Below are positions 11,726-24,488 of a DNA stretch of 64,000 nt, piece after piece (the stretch's first letter is position 1; each line of letters opens with the position of its first letter). This DNA is from Eledone cirrhosa. Taxonomy: Eukaryota. The notes below the pieces were generated by a model that was not told where the DNA came from, did not search any database, and was given only the letters and a program-made list of their open reading frames with translations. The position numbers were made by a program, and so were the translations under genes. The DNA is taken from the NCBI GenBank assembly GCA_964016885.1, contig OZ024741.1, positions 235,228,001 through 235,292,000 on the forward strand, written 5' to 3'.

Positions 11726-12271
11726 AATAAATGTAATCTGAGTTTTTTGAATATTAATAATAATATTCGATTCATTTGCAATTATGCAAACAAGCCTCAT
11801 TTTTAAAACCATGTCAGTAGAATGAGCCCCTCATTCTTGCTCTTGTGTTGGCATGTAAACAGAACTGCAGACACTGATGTTTCTGGGTATCACCCTTCAT
11901 CAATACAGCTCACTGTTCACCTGCCAACTGTCAGAGCTAGTGAAAATATATATTTTCTAAAATATACAGTGACTGATCGGCCTGATTTGCATATTAGCAG
12001 ACTGGCTGATTAGTCAGATCTGCATATTAGCAGATCCACTGATCAGCAAGATTTGCATATCAGCAGACTGGTCAGTCAGTTTCCTGTATACGAGCGATCA
12101 ATGGCCAGCTTTGCCATATTCAAAAAAATTTCGCTCTACATGGCTGAATACAATAAATATAATCTGAGTTTTTCGAATATCAATAATAATATTTGATTTG
12201 TTTGCAATTATGCAAACAAGCCTCATTTTTAAAGCCATGTCAGAAGAATGAGCCCCTCATTTTTGCTCTTG
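11726..12271. repeat. About 120-bp direct repeats (11726-11845, 12152-12271) flanking about 300 bp with 33-bp subrepeats
   Basis: Repeat aataaat..aatctgagtttt..tttgcaattatgcaaacaagcctcattttt..gaatgagcccctcatt..gctcttg; abuts (TA)n. Confidence 0.85.
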
Positions 12272-12569
12272 AATCGAATACTCCACTTTCCCTTCACTGC
12301 TCTGTATACACACATACACATGCTTATATTAACATACTTTTTCTCATATCTTCGTACTTACATGCACACACACTCGTTTACTCACATATACACACACATT
12401 GCTTCTTAGCTTTGTACGGATGTATAATAACACACACCCGCACACACACATGCTTACGCACGTGCACAAGTATAGCTCTTTTTACAAAACGTTTTTTTTT
12501 TCCATTTCAGGTAGACGCGCTCCATCATCCACTTTTCTAAAAAATAAATCATACACAAAACGCCAGCAC

Positions 12570-12803
12570 CAACAGTTTTGCAAGAGATGTCAACATGAAT
12601 GAACCTGTTATTTCTATCTAAAGTGATTTTTTCCAATTCCAACCCACCCATCCCCTCAATCTATCTTATTTCTCATTCTTTCTTCTGATGAAGGATTAGC
12701 GTCCGAAATATTAAGACCCTCTTCCTGCTATATCAAGCGTTAACCTAATATATCCCTTCCATATACTGTACCGATTGTGTTGTTATTTCTGTTTACCTTT
12801 TAC
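12570..12803 (+). mobile_element. Repeat family A: short HHR-bearing 3' unit ending in (TA)n/(CA)n, Penelope-like 3' end or retrozyme
   Basis: Related copies at about 15950-16150, 35930-36090(-), 38100-38150, 40528-40630, 47330-47570 and 48765-48930(-); shared end ttgtgttgttatttctgtttaccttttaca. Confidence 0.75.
12681..12716 (+). ncRNA. Minimal hammerhead ribozyme motif (family A)
   Basis: TCTT-CTGATGA-A GGAT tagc GTCC-GAA ATAT T-AAGA. Confidence 0.75.
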
Positions 12804-12886
12804 ATACATATATATATATATATATAAATATATATAATCATGATGATGATGATGATGGTGATATATATACACATATACACACACAC

Positions 12887-12925
<39 letters not shown>

Positions 12926-12974
12926 TATATACACACATATATATATATATACATATTTTTATATATACATACAT

Positions 12975-13718
12975 ATCATCATCATCATCATCATCATCAA
13001 CGTTTAACGTCCGTGTTCCACGCTTGCATGGGTTTGGACGGGGGTAGTCCCACTTGAGGCAAGAGTGATTGTCTTGCTCGCATAGGACTGTCTGGCAGGT
13101 TTTCTACAGTTGGATGCCCTTCCTAACACCAACCACATTTACAGTGTGGGTCTGGGAGGTTTTTACCGTGTTGCCTACACGGCCACATTACAGCGTGGAC
13201 TGTGTGTTTTTTTGTCGTGACACCTACACGATCTCATTTGTTTCGGCCTCGATGGCGCGGCACCAACATAACTTTACATAGAACGGGGTGGTGTGGATCG
13301 GGTGGGGGTGGTGGTGGTGGGACGGGGTGTATTTTGTTAGAGATGCCTACTGGCTGGAGTAGGTTTTACTATATATTTAGGTAAGGCGGGTCTTCTCTGT
13401 TACTGAGTACCGCCAAAGGTCTCGGTCCAGTGACATTGTCTTGGAGAGGTGTAAGTGTGTGATGTCGGAGTTTATCAGCTCGTCCCAGGTTTTTCTAGGT
13501 CTGCCTATTCCGTGACTACCGTCTATCTTTATTGCCCTGCACTTTGTTATACAGCTATCGACTTTCATGCGCATCACGTGTCCATACCAACGTAGCCTTC
13601 TCTCGAGTAAACAACATCTGATCCCTCTTATCTCTAATTTTTTCCTTAGTTCGTTTATGCTTTGCCGTTCACGTATATTACTGTTACACATCCAGCGGAG
13701 CATGCAAGCTTCGTTCCA
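12975..13718 (-). mobile_element. RTE-clade LINE 3' end
   Basis: MLRWMC...RRLRWYGHVMRM...GRPRKTW...DRDLWR; (GAT)n tail. Confidence 0.9.
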
Positions 13719-13804
13719 TATATATATACATATATATATATATACATATATATATACATATATATATATATACATATATATATACATATATATATATATA
13801 CATA

Positions 13805-15035
13805 TCATTATCATCATCATCACCATTTTACATCCGTTCTTCCATGCTAACATGGGTTAGACGGGTTGCCCTGTTGTGGGCAGTGTCCAGTAGGCTGACC
13901 TTGTCTTGCTCATGCAGGAACTGATTCAGGCTGATTTCTACAGCTGGATGCCGTTCCTAACACCAACCTCATTTACAGTGAGTGGTGGGTGCTTATTTTC
14001 CGTGGCACCTACACGTCCACTTTACAGTGTGGTCTGGGTGCTTTTTTCTGTGGCACCTCCACGACAACTTTGTAGAGGGAGGGGTGGGGGCATATTGTCT
14101 ACATGCTTCGGCTTCGGCTTGTTCCCGTGGGAAGTCGGGTCTTCTGTATTACTGTGTGACGCCAGTGGTCACGGTCGGCTTTTATCACCTCATCCCAGGT
14201 CATCTTGGGTCTCCCCACTCTGCGGATTCCATCAACTTCTAGTGCTCTGCACCTTTTTATGCAGCTGTCATCCTTCATATGCATCACATGTCCATACCAA
14301 CGTAACCTCCTCTCCTGCACACAGCATTTGATTCCTCTTATGTTCAGTCTCTCTCTCAGTTCGTTTATGCTTTGCCGTTCGCATATATTACTATTACACA
14401 TCCATCAGAGCATGCAAGCTTCATTTCTTTCTAATCTGCGCAAGTCTTCTACAGACAGCGCCCAGGTCTCACTACCATGTAACATTGCTGTTCGTATACA
14501 CGCATCATACAGTCTGCCTTTCATTTTGAGGGAAAAGTCTTTTGCAGCTAGCACCCTGAACTTCTTCCATCCCGTTCTTACCCTAGTTATTGTACTTTCC
14601 GAACACCCACCTCCGCTGCTAATTCAGTCACCTAGCTAGCAGAAGCTGTCTACTGTTTCTACAGAGCCCTCCCAGAGTTTGGTTGTACTTGTTTCCTGTG
14701 GCCGTTTGCTGCTACATATGAAATCTACATTCTTAGTTAAGCTTCCTGAGATCCCACTACATCTCTTGTGTACCCCTTGTTTGCATTTAGGGCAGAGGAT
14801 GGAGTTCCTACCTACACCTTTCCTACATACTGAGCAAGGCCATTTCCCTGAGGGGATCTGGGTTCTGTTTTCTCGTCTACTTAAAAGAACCTTAGTCTTC
14901 GTCAGGTTGACTTTGAGACTCTTTCTTTCTAGTCCCTGCTTCCATGTTTGGAATTTCTTCTCTAGTTCCACCATAGATTCAGCTATCGGTGCGAGATCCC
15001 ATGGGCATCCGGTCTTAAACTCCTCCGTTATTGCC

Positions 15036-15036
<1 letters not shown>
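13805..15036 (-). mobile_element. RTE-clade LINE 3' fragment with PHD-type finger
   Basis: ORFs 14636-14974 and 14099-14401. Confidence 0.9.
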
Positions 15037-15091
<55 letters not shown>

Positions 15092-15902
15092 CCATCTTAC
15101 TTGGAGCTTATTTCCCAGGAAGGACGCCGTCCGTGTAACTTATGCTCGGAGAAAAACAATACAAATGCTGTTTACGAAGGACCAACTCCTAAACAAAAAA
15201 GACGAACTTGTAGCCGCATGTAAACACCAATCGCATAGGACTTACCTTGCCCTCACACCCCCTCATTGACTCGGGTGGGTAGACAATGGCTGTAACTTCC
15301 TTCTTTTCCCCACTTGCCAAACAAGATAGGGGAAACTCCAGCATACATAGGTAGATGTAATTCTCTTCTTTTTTCCCTTTATCTCTTCTTCTCACTTCCT
15401 TCCACTCCCTCTCCTCTTCCTTTTCCTTTTTCCTCTTTCGCTTACCCTGAGGCAGCCCATCGGGCTTTTGTAGCCTCAGTACCCCCACCCCCATAAATTC
15501 TATATAGCATTGGCCGAAAATGCATTACCAGCTAAAAATATAGCAGCTGCTTTAGACTCGTTTTTTTTAATTTGTTAATTTTAATTTTTAAATTTTTTAA
15601 TTTTATAATTTCCCATATTCAAATTCCTGTAGAATTCTTTTTTCGCCTGCTTTCTAGCTAGCCTAATTCATCCAGACTCCTTAGAATTTGCTGTATAGAA
15701 CTTATTTTCAATGTTTGATGGGCTTCATCCACTCCCTCATTGACCTACAGGAAAGTTCAGCCACCACCACCCCCTACCCACCGCCATGAAAGATTTAACT
15801 GTTTACAAGAAATTTTCGAAACGCCCCCCCCCCTCTCAAGAGCGTGAAACTAATAAACCTTTGTTTGTACTGCCTCTGTTTTGTTCCCGTTCCATTTTCA
15901 CT
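15092..15902 (+). mobile_element. Penelope-like element 3' remnant (C-terminal endonuclease tail plus UTR) between (TA)n tracts
   Basis: Frameshifted W...RPCNLCSEK / LLNKKDELVAACKHQ, resembling the CxLC...LLNKxxE...CxH C-terminus of some PLEs; AATAAA near 15852. Confidence 0.6.
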
Positions 15903-15982
15903 ATATATATGTATATATATACACACATATATATATATACACATATACCTCGTCCCCTCAATCTATCTTAATCCTCATTCTT

Positions 15983-16018
15983 TCTTCTGATGAAGGACTA
16001 GCGTCCGAAACATTAAGA
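15983..16018 (+). ncRNA. Minimal hammerhead ribozyme motif (family A)
   Basis: TCTT-CTGATGA-A GGAC tagc GTCC-GAA ACAT T-AAGA. Confidence 0.72.
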
Positions 16019-16221
16019 CCCTCTTCCTGCTATATCAAGCGTTAACCTAATATATCCCTTCCCTATGCAAGCGTGGAAGATGGACGTTAAACGATGATGA
16101 TGATGATGATACTGTACCAATTGTGTTGTTATTTCTGTTTACCTTTTACATACATATATATATAAATACAATATCGGAGAAAGCTTTTTAGCGATACTCC
16201 GATATATACTAGCTATATATA

Positions 16222-16807
16222 CTAGCCGAATTACCTGCGCCTTGCTGTGTTTCACAAATTTTTTTTGTAAGAAAAAGATGATTGATTTTAAATCAGTGAT
16301 ATAATTTATGGAGAAAAACTCTGCATTTCAATATTACTCAATGTAAAATGTAATGCATGAAAAATTGGAAAACATTATTTTTTTAATATATCAAATCAAA
16401 ACTTTTGTGAATAGACATTATATCTTGTCATTTACCTGTGGTTTAAATTTCATATAAATCAAAGGAAAAAAATTTTCAGCTTGGGTTTGTGCCTCCAGGA
16501 AACCCTAATAGGTGTAACCCCCATTGGGGTGTCTTAATATTATTGAAATTTGCTGATATTTTGTGAATAGGGATCATATCCTGTCATTTACCTATGGTTT
16601 AAATTTCATATAAATCGAAGGGAAAAAATTTTCAGTGGGGGTTTAAGCCCTAGGGGAACCCTTTGATTAAAATGAAATATACGTAAGAAATCAAATGGCC
16701 ATGAACCCCACACACGTGTTGAGTTTCATCAAGATCAGTTTGGTAGGTTTTGAGTTTTAGGTTCACAAACAAATCCACAAACAGACATTGCCATTTATGT
16801 ATATAGA
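16222..16807 (-). mobile_element. Non-autonomous Helitron-like element
   Basis: Minus strand starts A|TCtatatacataaa and ends ...ggcgcaggtaattcggCTAG|T; internal direct repeat about 16400-16510 / 16560-16660. Confidence 0.7.
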
Positions 16808-16812
16808 TATAT

Positions 16813-16920
16813 AATTGTTTCTACTTTTGGCACAAGGCCAGCAAATTACCCAGTACATTACTGGTACTTTATTTTACCGACCCCGTAAGGATGAAAGACA
16901 AAGTTGACCTCGGCGGGGTT
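16813..16920 (-). mobile_element. 5'-truncated SINE family 1 with TSD
   Basis: tgtatatagatatataat present at 16798-16815 and 16921-16938. Confidence 0.85.
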
Positions 16921-16935
16921 TGTATATAGATATAT

Positions 16936-17200
16936 AATGAATTATCGAAGTGCTGGGTGATTTGAAATTTGAAAATGTGGGTAACACAGAAAATGACTAT
17001 AACAAGTCAATTGTTATAAATAATAGATTGGTATACATCTAGAGATGGAAAAAAAAGTGGCTAGTGTGCTTTTTCCCCATCGTTATGAGTATTTTACTTC
17101 TAAATTATTTTTTTTCTAGCAATCTACTATTGTTAGTTATTTTTTGCGTTTGGAATTGCTAAATTTTCAAATTTTCTTCACCCAGCCCTTCAATAATTCA
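16936..17200. repeat. Diverged fold-back/MITE-like inverted repeat
   Basis: atgaattatcgaagtgctgggtga...tttgaaaat vs attttcaaa...tcacccagcccttcaataattcat. Confidence 0.65.
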
Positions 17201-17479
17201 TAAGATTTGCTTACTTCCAGCTCTAGTCACAAACTGTTCAGTATGGCTCCTTAAATTGGATGGAATGGGTGTGCTCTATTTGTCCCTTGATTGAACAGCT
17301 GAATACTCAACTCTATGTTATAGTTTTTCTGAATCTAACAGCTCTTTCAAAAGGCTACATTTAAGTTTCTCCTGTTGATGATGGATTTGTTTGGAGGAGG
17401 GTATTAATGATAATAATGATGGTTATGGTGGGGATGATTACTGCATTAGCTGTGGTGATGTTCATTCCTGCTATTCAGT

Positions 17480-18345
17480 ACTCGGCATCAAGCGTATCAA
17501 GAGCAAATTGGAGGTCACCTTCTGTCAAGTTAAGTAACACCATCTCTATAAATTCCAGCCAACTGATTTTACACCTGCCAGTCGTGATACCACTTCCAAC
17601 TTGGCTGTGCATGTCAATCCTGTTCATGAAAATAATGAACAGGAGAGGTGACAGTACGCACTCTTGGCGGAGTCTAAGCCCTCACATTGAATGGTTTCAA
17701 TTTAGCACCATTTATCCAAACACAAATACTGGGGCATTTGTATAGAATCATCAGGGCAGCAAGAAGCTGACCATCGATTTCATACTTCTGAACAACCTTC
17801 CACAGCAGGTCCCATGGAACACAGTCCTATGCCTTTTCGAAGTCTACAAAACAAGAATACACTTCTTGGCAGTACTCCCACAATTCTCAAAGACTTACCC
17901 CAATATATCTGGTCGGCTGAGCTGTGTCTAGGACAAAAAGCACACTCTTCATCAGCTAGCTTGGACTTGACAATCTCCCTACATCTCTTTGCCTGATACT
18001 TAGCATAGACTTTACCGGGGAGACTTAACAAGGAGATCCCTCAATAATTGGAGCAATCTCACTTGTCTCCCCTTTTGAAAATTGCCATTGCTTAGGTGCC
18101 TTTCCAGGCCACCCAGCACACAAGAGTCAGCCAGAGAATACCTTCTCTTTTTAAGGCTTTTAACATCTCAGGCCGAATTTCATCCTCACCAGTAGCTTTG
18201 CTACATTTGAGCTCTTTAACTGCTCATGTGACCTCAGCCTCTGAGAAATTAGTCACTGCTCACAGATGCACCTCGTGTACATCAGAAAATGCTGTTGTGA
18301 TCGGGTTTAGGAGATCAGCAAAGTATTCTCTCCACTCTGTAAAGT
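17480..18345 (-). mobile_element. RTE-clade LINE RT fragment, second family
   Basis: ISLLSLPGKVYAK motif and downstream degenerate RT motifs; several frameshifts. Confidence 0.75.
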
Positions 18346-21194
18346 AATATTGCTGGTGCCACAAAAATACACACCCAGTATAAAATGGTTGGTTTCACCA
18401 GTGAAAGCATAAGGAAACAATGGCTGTGTGGTTTAAGAAGGTTCCCTTTGCAATCCCTATGGTTGAAGTTTCAGTTCCAATGCATGGCACCTTGAGCAAA
18501 TGTCTTTTGCTATATGACCAAGGCCTTGTGAATAGAATTTGGTAGACAGAAACTGCAGAAGCCTGTATGGAGTGTCTGTGGTGAAGACCAAGAAGACCAA
18601 AAATCAGGATAGTACTCAATAAATCCACCAGGAGCGAGGTACATTGTTACTAGGTACTAACTACTGTCAAACTACCTCCAGCTCCAGCTCACTAGAATTC
18701 AAATGTAAAAAAAAAAGAAAAAAAAAACCTAAAATTCGTGTGGACAATTAATTAATGCAAAAATGAAACAATGAAATAATTAAAAAACATTTTAAGTAAT
18801 TTTTTATTTTCACTTTTTAATATGAAGTTTAAGAAATCAAAAAGATTATAATTTGTTCACTAAAGTCACATGTCCATATTTTGGTATATTGTTTTTTGGT
18901 TTTTGCTTTTTGATTATTTTTTAATATCTGACCAACTGTTGATGGAGAAGTTTGGACTTCTTACCTTATCACCTTTCTCTCATCTCTTTGTCTACATTAC
19001 CGCATTTTTAACAGTAAAGTGGTAGGCAATTGAATCAGAGATAATGTAAAGTAGAGGGGTCTCTTTAGTCTTTTTGAGGATATGGAAAACCTCTCTGGTG
19101 TTGGTGCTATGATAAAATGCATTGAGTACACTCTGTAAAATGGTTGGAAATTGAATTGGGAACAACGTAAGGTAGAGAGAACTCTTTGGTATTGTTGAGG
19201 ATATGAAAACCTTTCTAATGTTGGTGTCACAATGAAATACACTCAGTAGACTCTGTAGAAACCAAGACAAAAATCGGAATGTACATGTGAGATATGATCC
19301 TTTAACTCTGAATAAAAACTGGCTAGATCTCACTCTTTGGAATCTTAGGCAAGTGTGTATACCATAGCCTAGGGTCAACCAAAGATTGGTCTGTGGAATT
19401 TGGAAGATGGAAATTAGGAGGTAGTCAATCAAAGAGACCATTATCTTTCTTGGATGATAGATGTAATGTTACACAGTTTAACACAACCACCTGGCCTTTG
19501 GGTAACTTTACTGGAGTCCACTCTGTTGCAAGTATGAAAACAATTATCTGTCTCTCTCCAATCAGGCACACATGAATACCTACATATGCACACACATACA
19601 TATATTCACACATATACATCAACATCATCATCACCGTTTAATGACTATTTTCCATGCTTGCATGGGTTAGATGGGTTTTATGTATTTATGTATGTGTGCA
19701 TACCTAAAAAAATGCGAGTGTGAAGGCACATGGCTCAGTGGTTAGGGTGTTCTGCTCACAATTGTAAGGTCATGAGATCGATTCCTGGCTGAGTGTTGTG
19801 TCCTTGAGCAAGACACTTTATTTCATGTTACTTTTCAGTTCACTCAGCTGTCAAAAATGAGTTGTACTTGTATTTCAAAAAGTCAGCCATGAGAACTATG
19901 CGAAAGGTGTACGTATTTCTGGAATGCTGAGCCACTTGCACATTCTCTTCATGAGCAGGCTTTTTGGTTGCTCATACAACTGTAACACATGACGTCGGAA
20001 CGGATGGAGGTTCAACAATCAAATATATATATGTGTGTGTGTGTGTGTTTATATACACACACACACACAAGCACATGAATACATATATATGTTTGTGTAC
20101 ATGTATGTATATGTACATGTATATATGTCTATAGAAATGACATCCAAACACCCTCCCGAAAACCAGAACATACCTGTGCCCCCATCATCATCCCCACCAC
20201 GACAATCACCACAACCATGTCTCCCCCACCTCATTAGGTTGTCAAAGGAAGCATACCATGCCCCAATCATAATAATTTATAGTTGATAATCCAGAGAATG
20301 TTTTAAAAAATGAATCTGAACCTTACGAAGGAGATGGCACACGTCTGAGCTGATTGGTACTACACCATGATATAAAAACCTTGCCCATCAGTACAAGCAT
20401 TGCAACGCTAAGAGTAAATGTGGTGAAAGACCAGGGACTACAGTGTCTGGTAATTAAACAGTGACAATATAGGGTTTGAGAAGATTTCAGTGTGATGAGC
20501 ATGTATGTGACAACTTCTCTAGTTCTGGTGCCACAATAAAAGACATCCAGTAGACATCATAAAGTGTTACTGTTGGTGCCATAACACACACCCAGAACAC
20601 TTTGTAACGTGTTAGCATTCATGCCATAATATATGCATTCACTCCACTCTGTATAGTGATATTGCAGGTGCAATGAAAAAAATGCCCTCCCAGTACACTT
20701 TGTAAAGTGATTAGTGTTAGGAAAGGCATCTAGTTGTAGAAACTGCCAAATATGGGACTTATGAGCAAGAAGACAACCTGCCCAATCCATGCCAGTATGG
20801 AAAGAGGGCCTAATATTATGATGATGATGATGATGATGGTGATGGTGGTAATCATCATCATGGAGAATATTAAACCATCCAGATCTCTTCCTCGAGTTTT
20901 ACGTTAACTGGTAAACCATCCCACAGTACTGCCACCTACTAATTTATGGTGACTCCTTTGGAAATGGTACAGTGCTACCACTTGTTGGTGCCAATATGTG
21001 TGTGTGTGAATGTGTGTCTGTGTGTATGCCTCTGTGTGTGTGTCTATGTGTATGTGTGCATATATATCTGTATATATGTATGTGCAAGTGTGTTTGTATC
21101 TGTTTGTATATGCATAAGTGTGTCTATGTGTGTGTTGGTGTATATGTGTGAGTGCATGAGTAATGGTGCATGGTCAGACATGGCATATTGACAG

Positions 21195-21550
21195 CCATTT
21201 TAGTAATAGTAGTAATGGTTGTAAAAGTGGTTGTGATGATAGTGATGGTGGTGATAGGGGTGGTGTAACAGTGGTGGTGATGGTAGCAGTTGTAACTGAT
21301 GTAGTGGTGTAGTACTAGTGAAGATAGTGATGGTGGTAGTAGTGGTAATACTGGTGATAACAGCAGTAGTGGTGGTAGTAACAATGGTGGTGATGGTGAT
21401 ATTTGCAGTAGTGGTGATAATGGTAGTAGTAGCTGTAGTAATGGTGATAGTGGTAGCAGTAGTATTATTGGTAGTTGTAATGGTGATAGTAGTGGTAGTT
21501 TTAGAAGTAATTGTAGAAGTGGTTGTTGTAGTAGTAGTGGTGATAGAGGA
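21195..21550. repeat. (GTA/GGT/GAT)n low-complexity tract
   Basis: Trinucleotide runs giving poly-T/V ORFs. Confidence 0.85.
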
Positions 21551-23600
21551 CACAAACAGTTTCAGCCCACCCCTTCTTGACACCCACAACATAACAGCCC
21601 CATTACACCAATCATACACCACAGCATACCACACCACATCACACCACACTATACCAAACACACGATACTATACTACATTATACCACACTATACTATACCA
21701 CATCACACTCCACCACTCCACACTACACCAACTCCAAATATATAATATAACAGTTATTATTTTTATGACAAATTTAAACTAAGATGATATAATTTATTGT
21801 GTATATGAGCTGACAAAAAAGTTGATGGTAAAATAGGGTTGGATTATATTTAACGTCACTATTTTGCCAATTTTTATCAACTTCAAATTGTACGTAAATA
21901 AGGTGCTAAATTATTTTCACTTTGGAGGGGAATTTTTCTTTTCCTATTTGTTTGTTATGAGTTTAGAATGAATATGGCCTTCAAAATGGTAGGTAATTGA
22001 TAAAAAATCATTATCTAATGGAGTTGTGAAACGAAAACTATACTCTTGGTGCCACAACATCCAGTCCTAAATAAATGAGGTTGTGTAGGTGTCACAACAA
22101 AAAAAAAACACAGTCCATGCTGTAATGTGGCCGTGTAGGTAACACGGTAAAAACCTCCCAGTCCACACTGTAAACGTGGTTGGTGTTAGGAAGGGTATCC
22201 AGCCGTAGAAAACCCGCCAGACAGCCCTATACGAGCAAGACAACCAATCTTGCCTCACATGGGACAATTCCTGTCTAAACCCATGCTAGCGTGGAAGATA
22301 GATGTTAAACAATGAAGATGATGATGATGATGACACTTAAAACATTTTAAATATCAAAATATTACAACTGCATAAATATATTTTCCACTCATGAGAATTT
22401 CAAAACTGTGCCATCTAAACATAATGTATTGATTAGCTGCTGTGGCTTAATCACAGGGTTTGGATTTTGCCCATTTCTCAGTCATAAAATAGGGGTAGGG
22501 ATTATATTCAGATCAGCTTATATTCAAGTATATATGGTATATACAAGTGAAATATGACATTAAAAAGTGATGGTACCATCTGTGAGATTTCAACCTCACA
22601 TCTGTTGTAGATCAGACATGAGTCAGGTCATCAGAGCACAGTGGTCCATGCAGTTCAGTTCACTCAGCTGTAGAAATGAGTTGCGACGTCACTGGTGCCA
22701 AGTTGCAACAGCCTTTGCCTTTCCCTTGGAAAACATCGGTGGTGTGGAGAGGGGGCTGACTATTATGCATGGGCGATTGCTGGTCTTCCACAAACAACCT
22801 TGCCCAGACTTGTGCCTCGGAGGGGAACTTTCTAGGTGCAAATCCCATGGTCATTCATGACCGAAGGAGGTCTTTAGCCTTTTTTACTACCTATCGATCA
22901 CATCTCTGACTTACCCTCCTTGTAAAACCCATACCTCCCCACTACCTCCAACAAGCAACATGTAGCAGGGCCAAGAAAACAATGAGCATCTAAATGACGT
23001 AAGGAAGTTGTATTGGTGTCATTATAGAATAAACTACAGCCCATTCTGTGGGATGGTCATGCTGGTACCACAATAAAAAGCATCCAGTCCATCATGTAAA
23101 GTGGTAGTGCTGGTGCCACAATAAAAAGCACCCAGTCTCCTCTGTAAGGTGGTAGTAGTGGTACCACAACAAAATGCATCCAGTCTACCCTGTAATGTAG
23201 TAATTGGCATTAAGAAGAGCATCCAGCTGTAGAAAATGAATTTGGAAACAGAACATATAAACAGGACATGGAAAATAGACATTAAACAGTGGTGATGATG
23301 ATGATATATATATATACACACATACCCTAATCAACAGTGGTGTATACAGTGAAGATATGATGTTTATATCAGGGTATGTACATTTGTGTGTGAACTTATG
23401 TACATGTATGAAATGAGTCTATGTATGTGTGTGTGTGTGTCAATGTATGTGAACATATGTATATCTATGAGATGTGTCTATATATGTGTGTGTCAATGTA
23501 CACATGTTCTATGCAGATACAAATTGTTTGTGTAAGTGTAAGTGTTTGCGAGAGTGTATGTATGAGGTAAGTCTAAGTATGTGTGTTTGTGTATGTAACA

Positions 23601-24488
23601 CTAACTGTTTGTGTAATGAGGAATAACAAGTTTGTGCATGGAGTGTTGTGATTGCTGCAGATGGCCACGTTCATCAGTCTCATGGTCATAGCGGAGTGAG
23701 TTGTCAGGTGACCTCTCCATCTTTAGTTCTCGCTGTTTCTGGTTTCCTTGCCACAGTTGAGTGCCTTCCAATGGCACACGGGGGGAATGAGCAACACTGT
23801 TGACATTGTGTGCCATTTCTCGTGGCCCGCTGGAGGATGGCAACGAGGTCAAACCAATCTCTGTCTTGCGGCGGCAATTGTTGCGACGTTGGTGTCGCAG
23901 CAGGTGGTCCTTGCGGTAGAAAGTGTAGCTACACACATCGCATTTATATGGACGCTCTCCAGAGTGGATCCTCTTGTGCAGCTTGAGGTGGTCACGTCGT
24001 GACAGAACCTTGCCACACACATCACACGTGTGTAATTTTTCTGGCTGCGCCACATACTGGTGTGGGCTCCTCCTTTGTTCCATGCAACACTGGGTGCAGT
24101 TGGTCAAGTTGTTGCTCTGACAGTCCAGGCTGCAACAACAACTAATATTCTGTTGTTGATGGCTGTGGTTATATGAGGGTCTCTGGCTTTGGTTACAGCA
24201 AGGATGAGCCTGATTGCTGTTGTTGTTGCTGCTGTTGTTGTTGTTGTTGTTGTTACTACTACCACTACTGCTGCTGCTATTATTGTTGTCACTATGGTGA
24301 TGGTGGTGATGCTGGTTGTTGTTGTGGTTGTGGCCAACAGAGTGTTCATCCTTCGTCTGACCAGGCCGTTGCTGTTGGTGGAAGCTGACCTCATCCACTG
24401 GCGACATTGTTAGGTCAATGTCTGATTTATCTGATGCCGTTGCTGGAGAAAAGACCATACCATCGGAGAGTGAAAAACAGGAACTCAT
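23601..24488 (-). CDS. C2H2 zinc-finger transcription factor (two fingers, SGERPY linker) with poly-H/N/S tracts; possibly the terminal coding exon of a larger gene
   Basis: [51 protein letters not shown]. The frame is open from about 24630, first in-frame ATG is at 24488, and candidate acceptors are ttgtctccatccag| (exon start 24610) and tattttcag| (exon start 24784). Confidence 0.85.
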   Translation of the reverse strand: MSSCFSLSDGMVFSPATASDKSDIDLTMSPVDEVSFHQQQRPGQTKDEHSVGHNHNNNQHHHHHHSDNNNSSSSSGSSNNNNNNNSSNNNSNQAHPCCNQSQRPSYNHSHQQQNISCCCSLDCQSNNLTNCTQCCMEQRRSPHQYVAQPEKLHTCDVCGKVLSRRDHLKLHKRIHSGERPYKCDVCSYTFYRKDHLLRHQRRNNCRRKTEIGLTSLPSSSGPREMAHNVNSVAHSPRVPLEGTQLWQGNQKQRELKMERSPDNSLRYDHETDERGHLQQSQHSMHKLVIPHYTNS

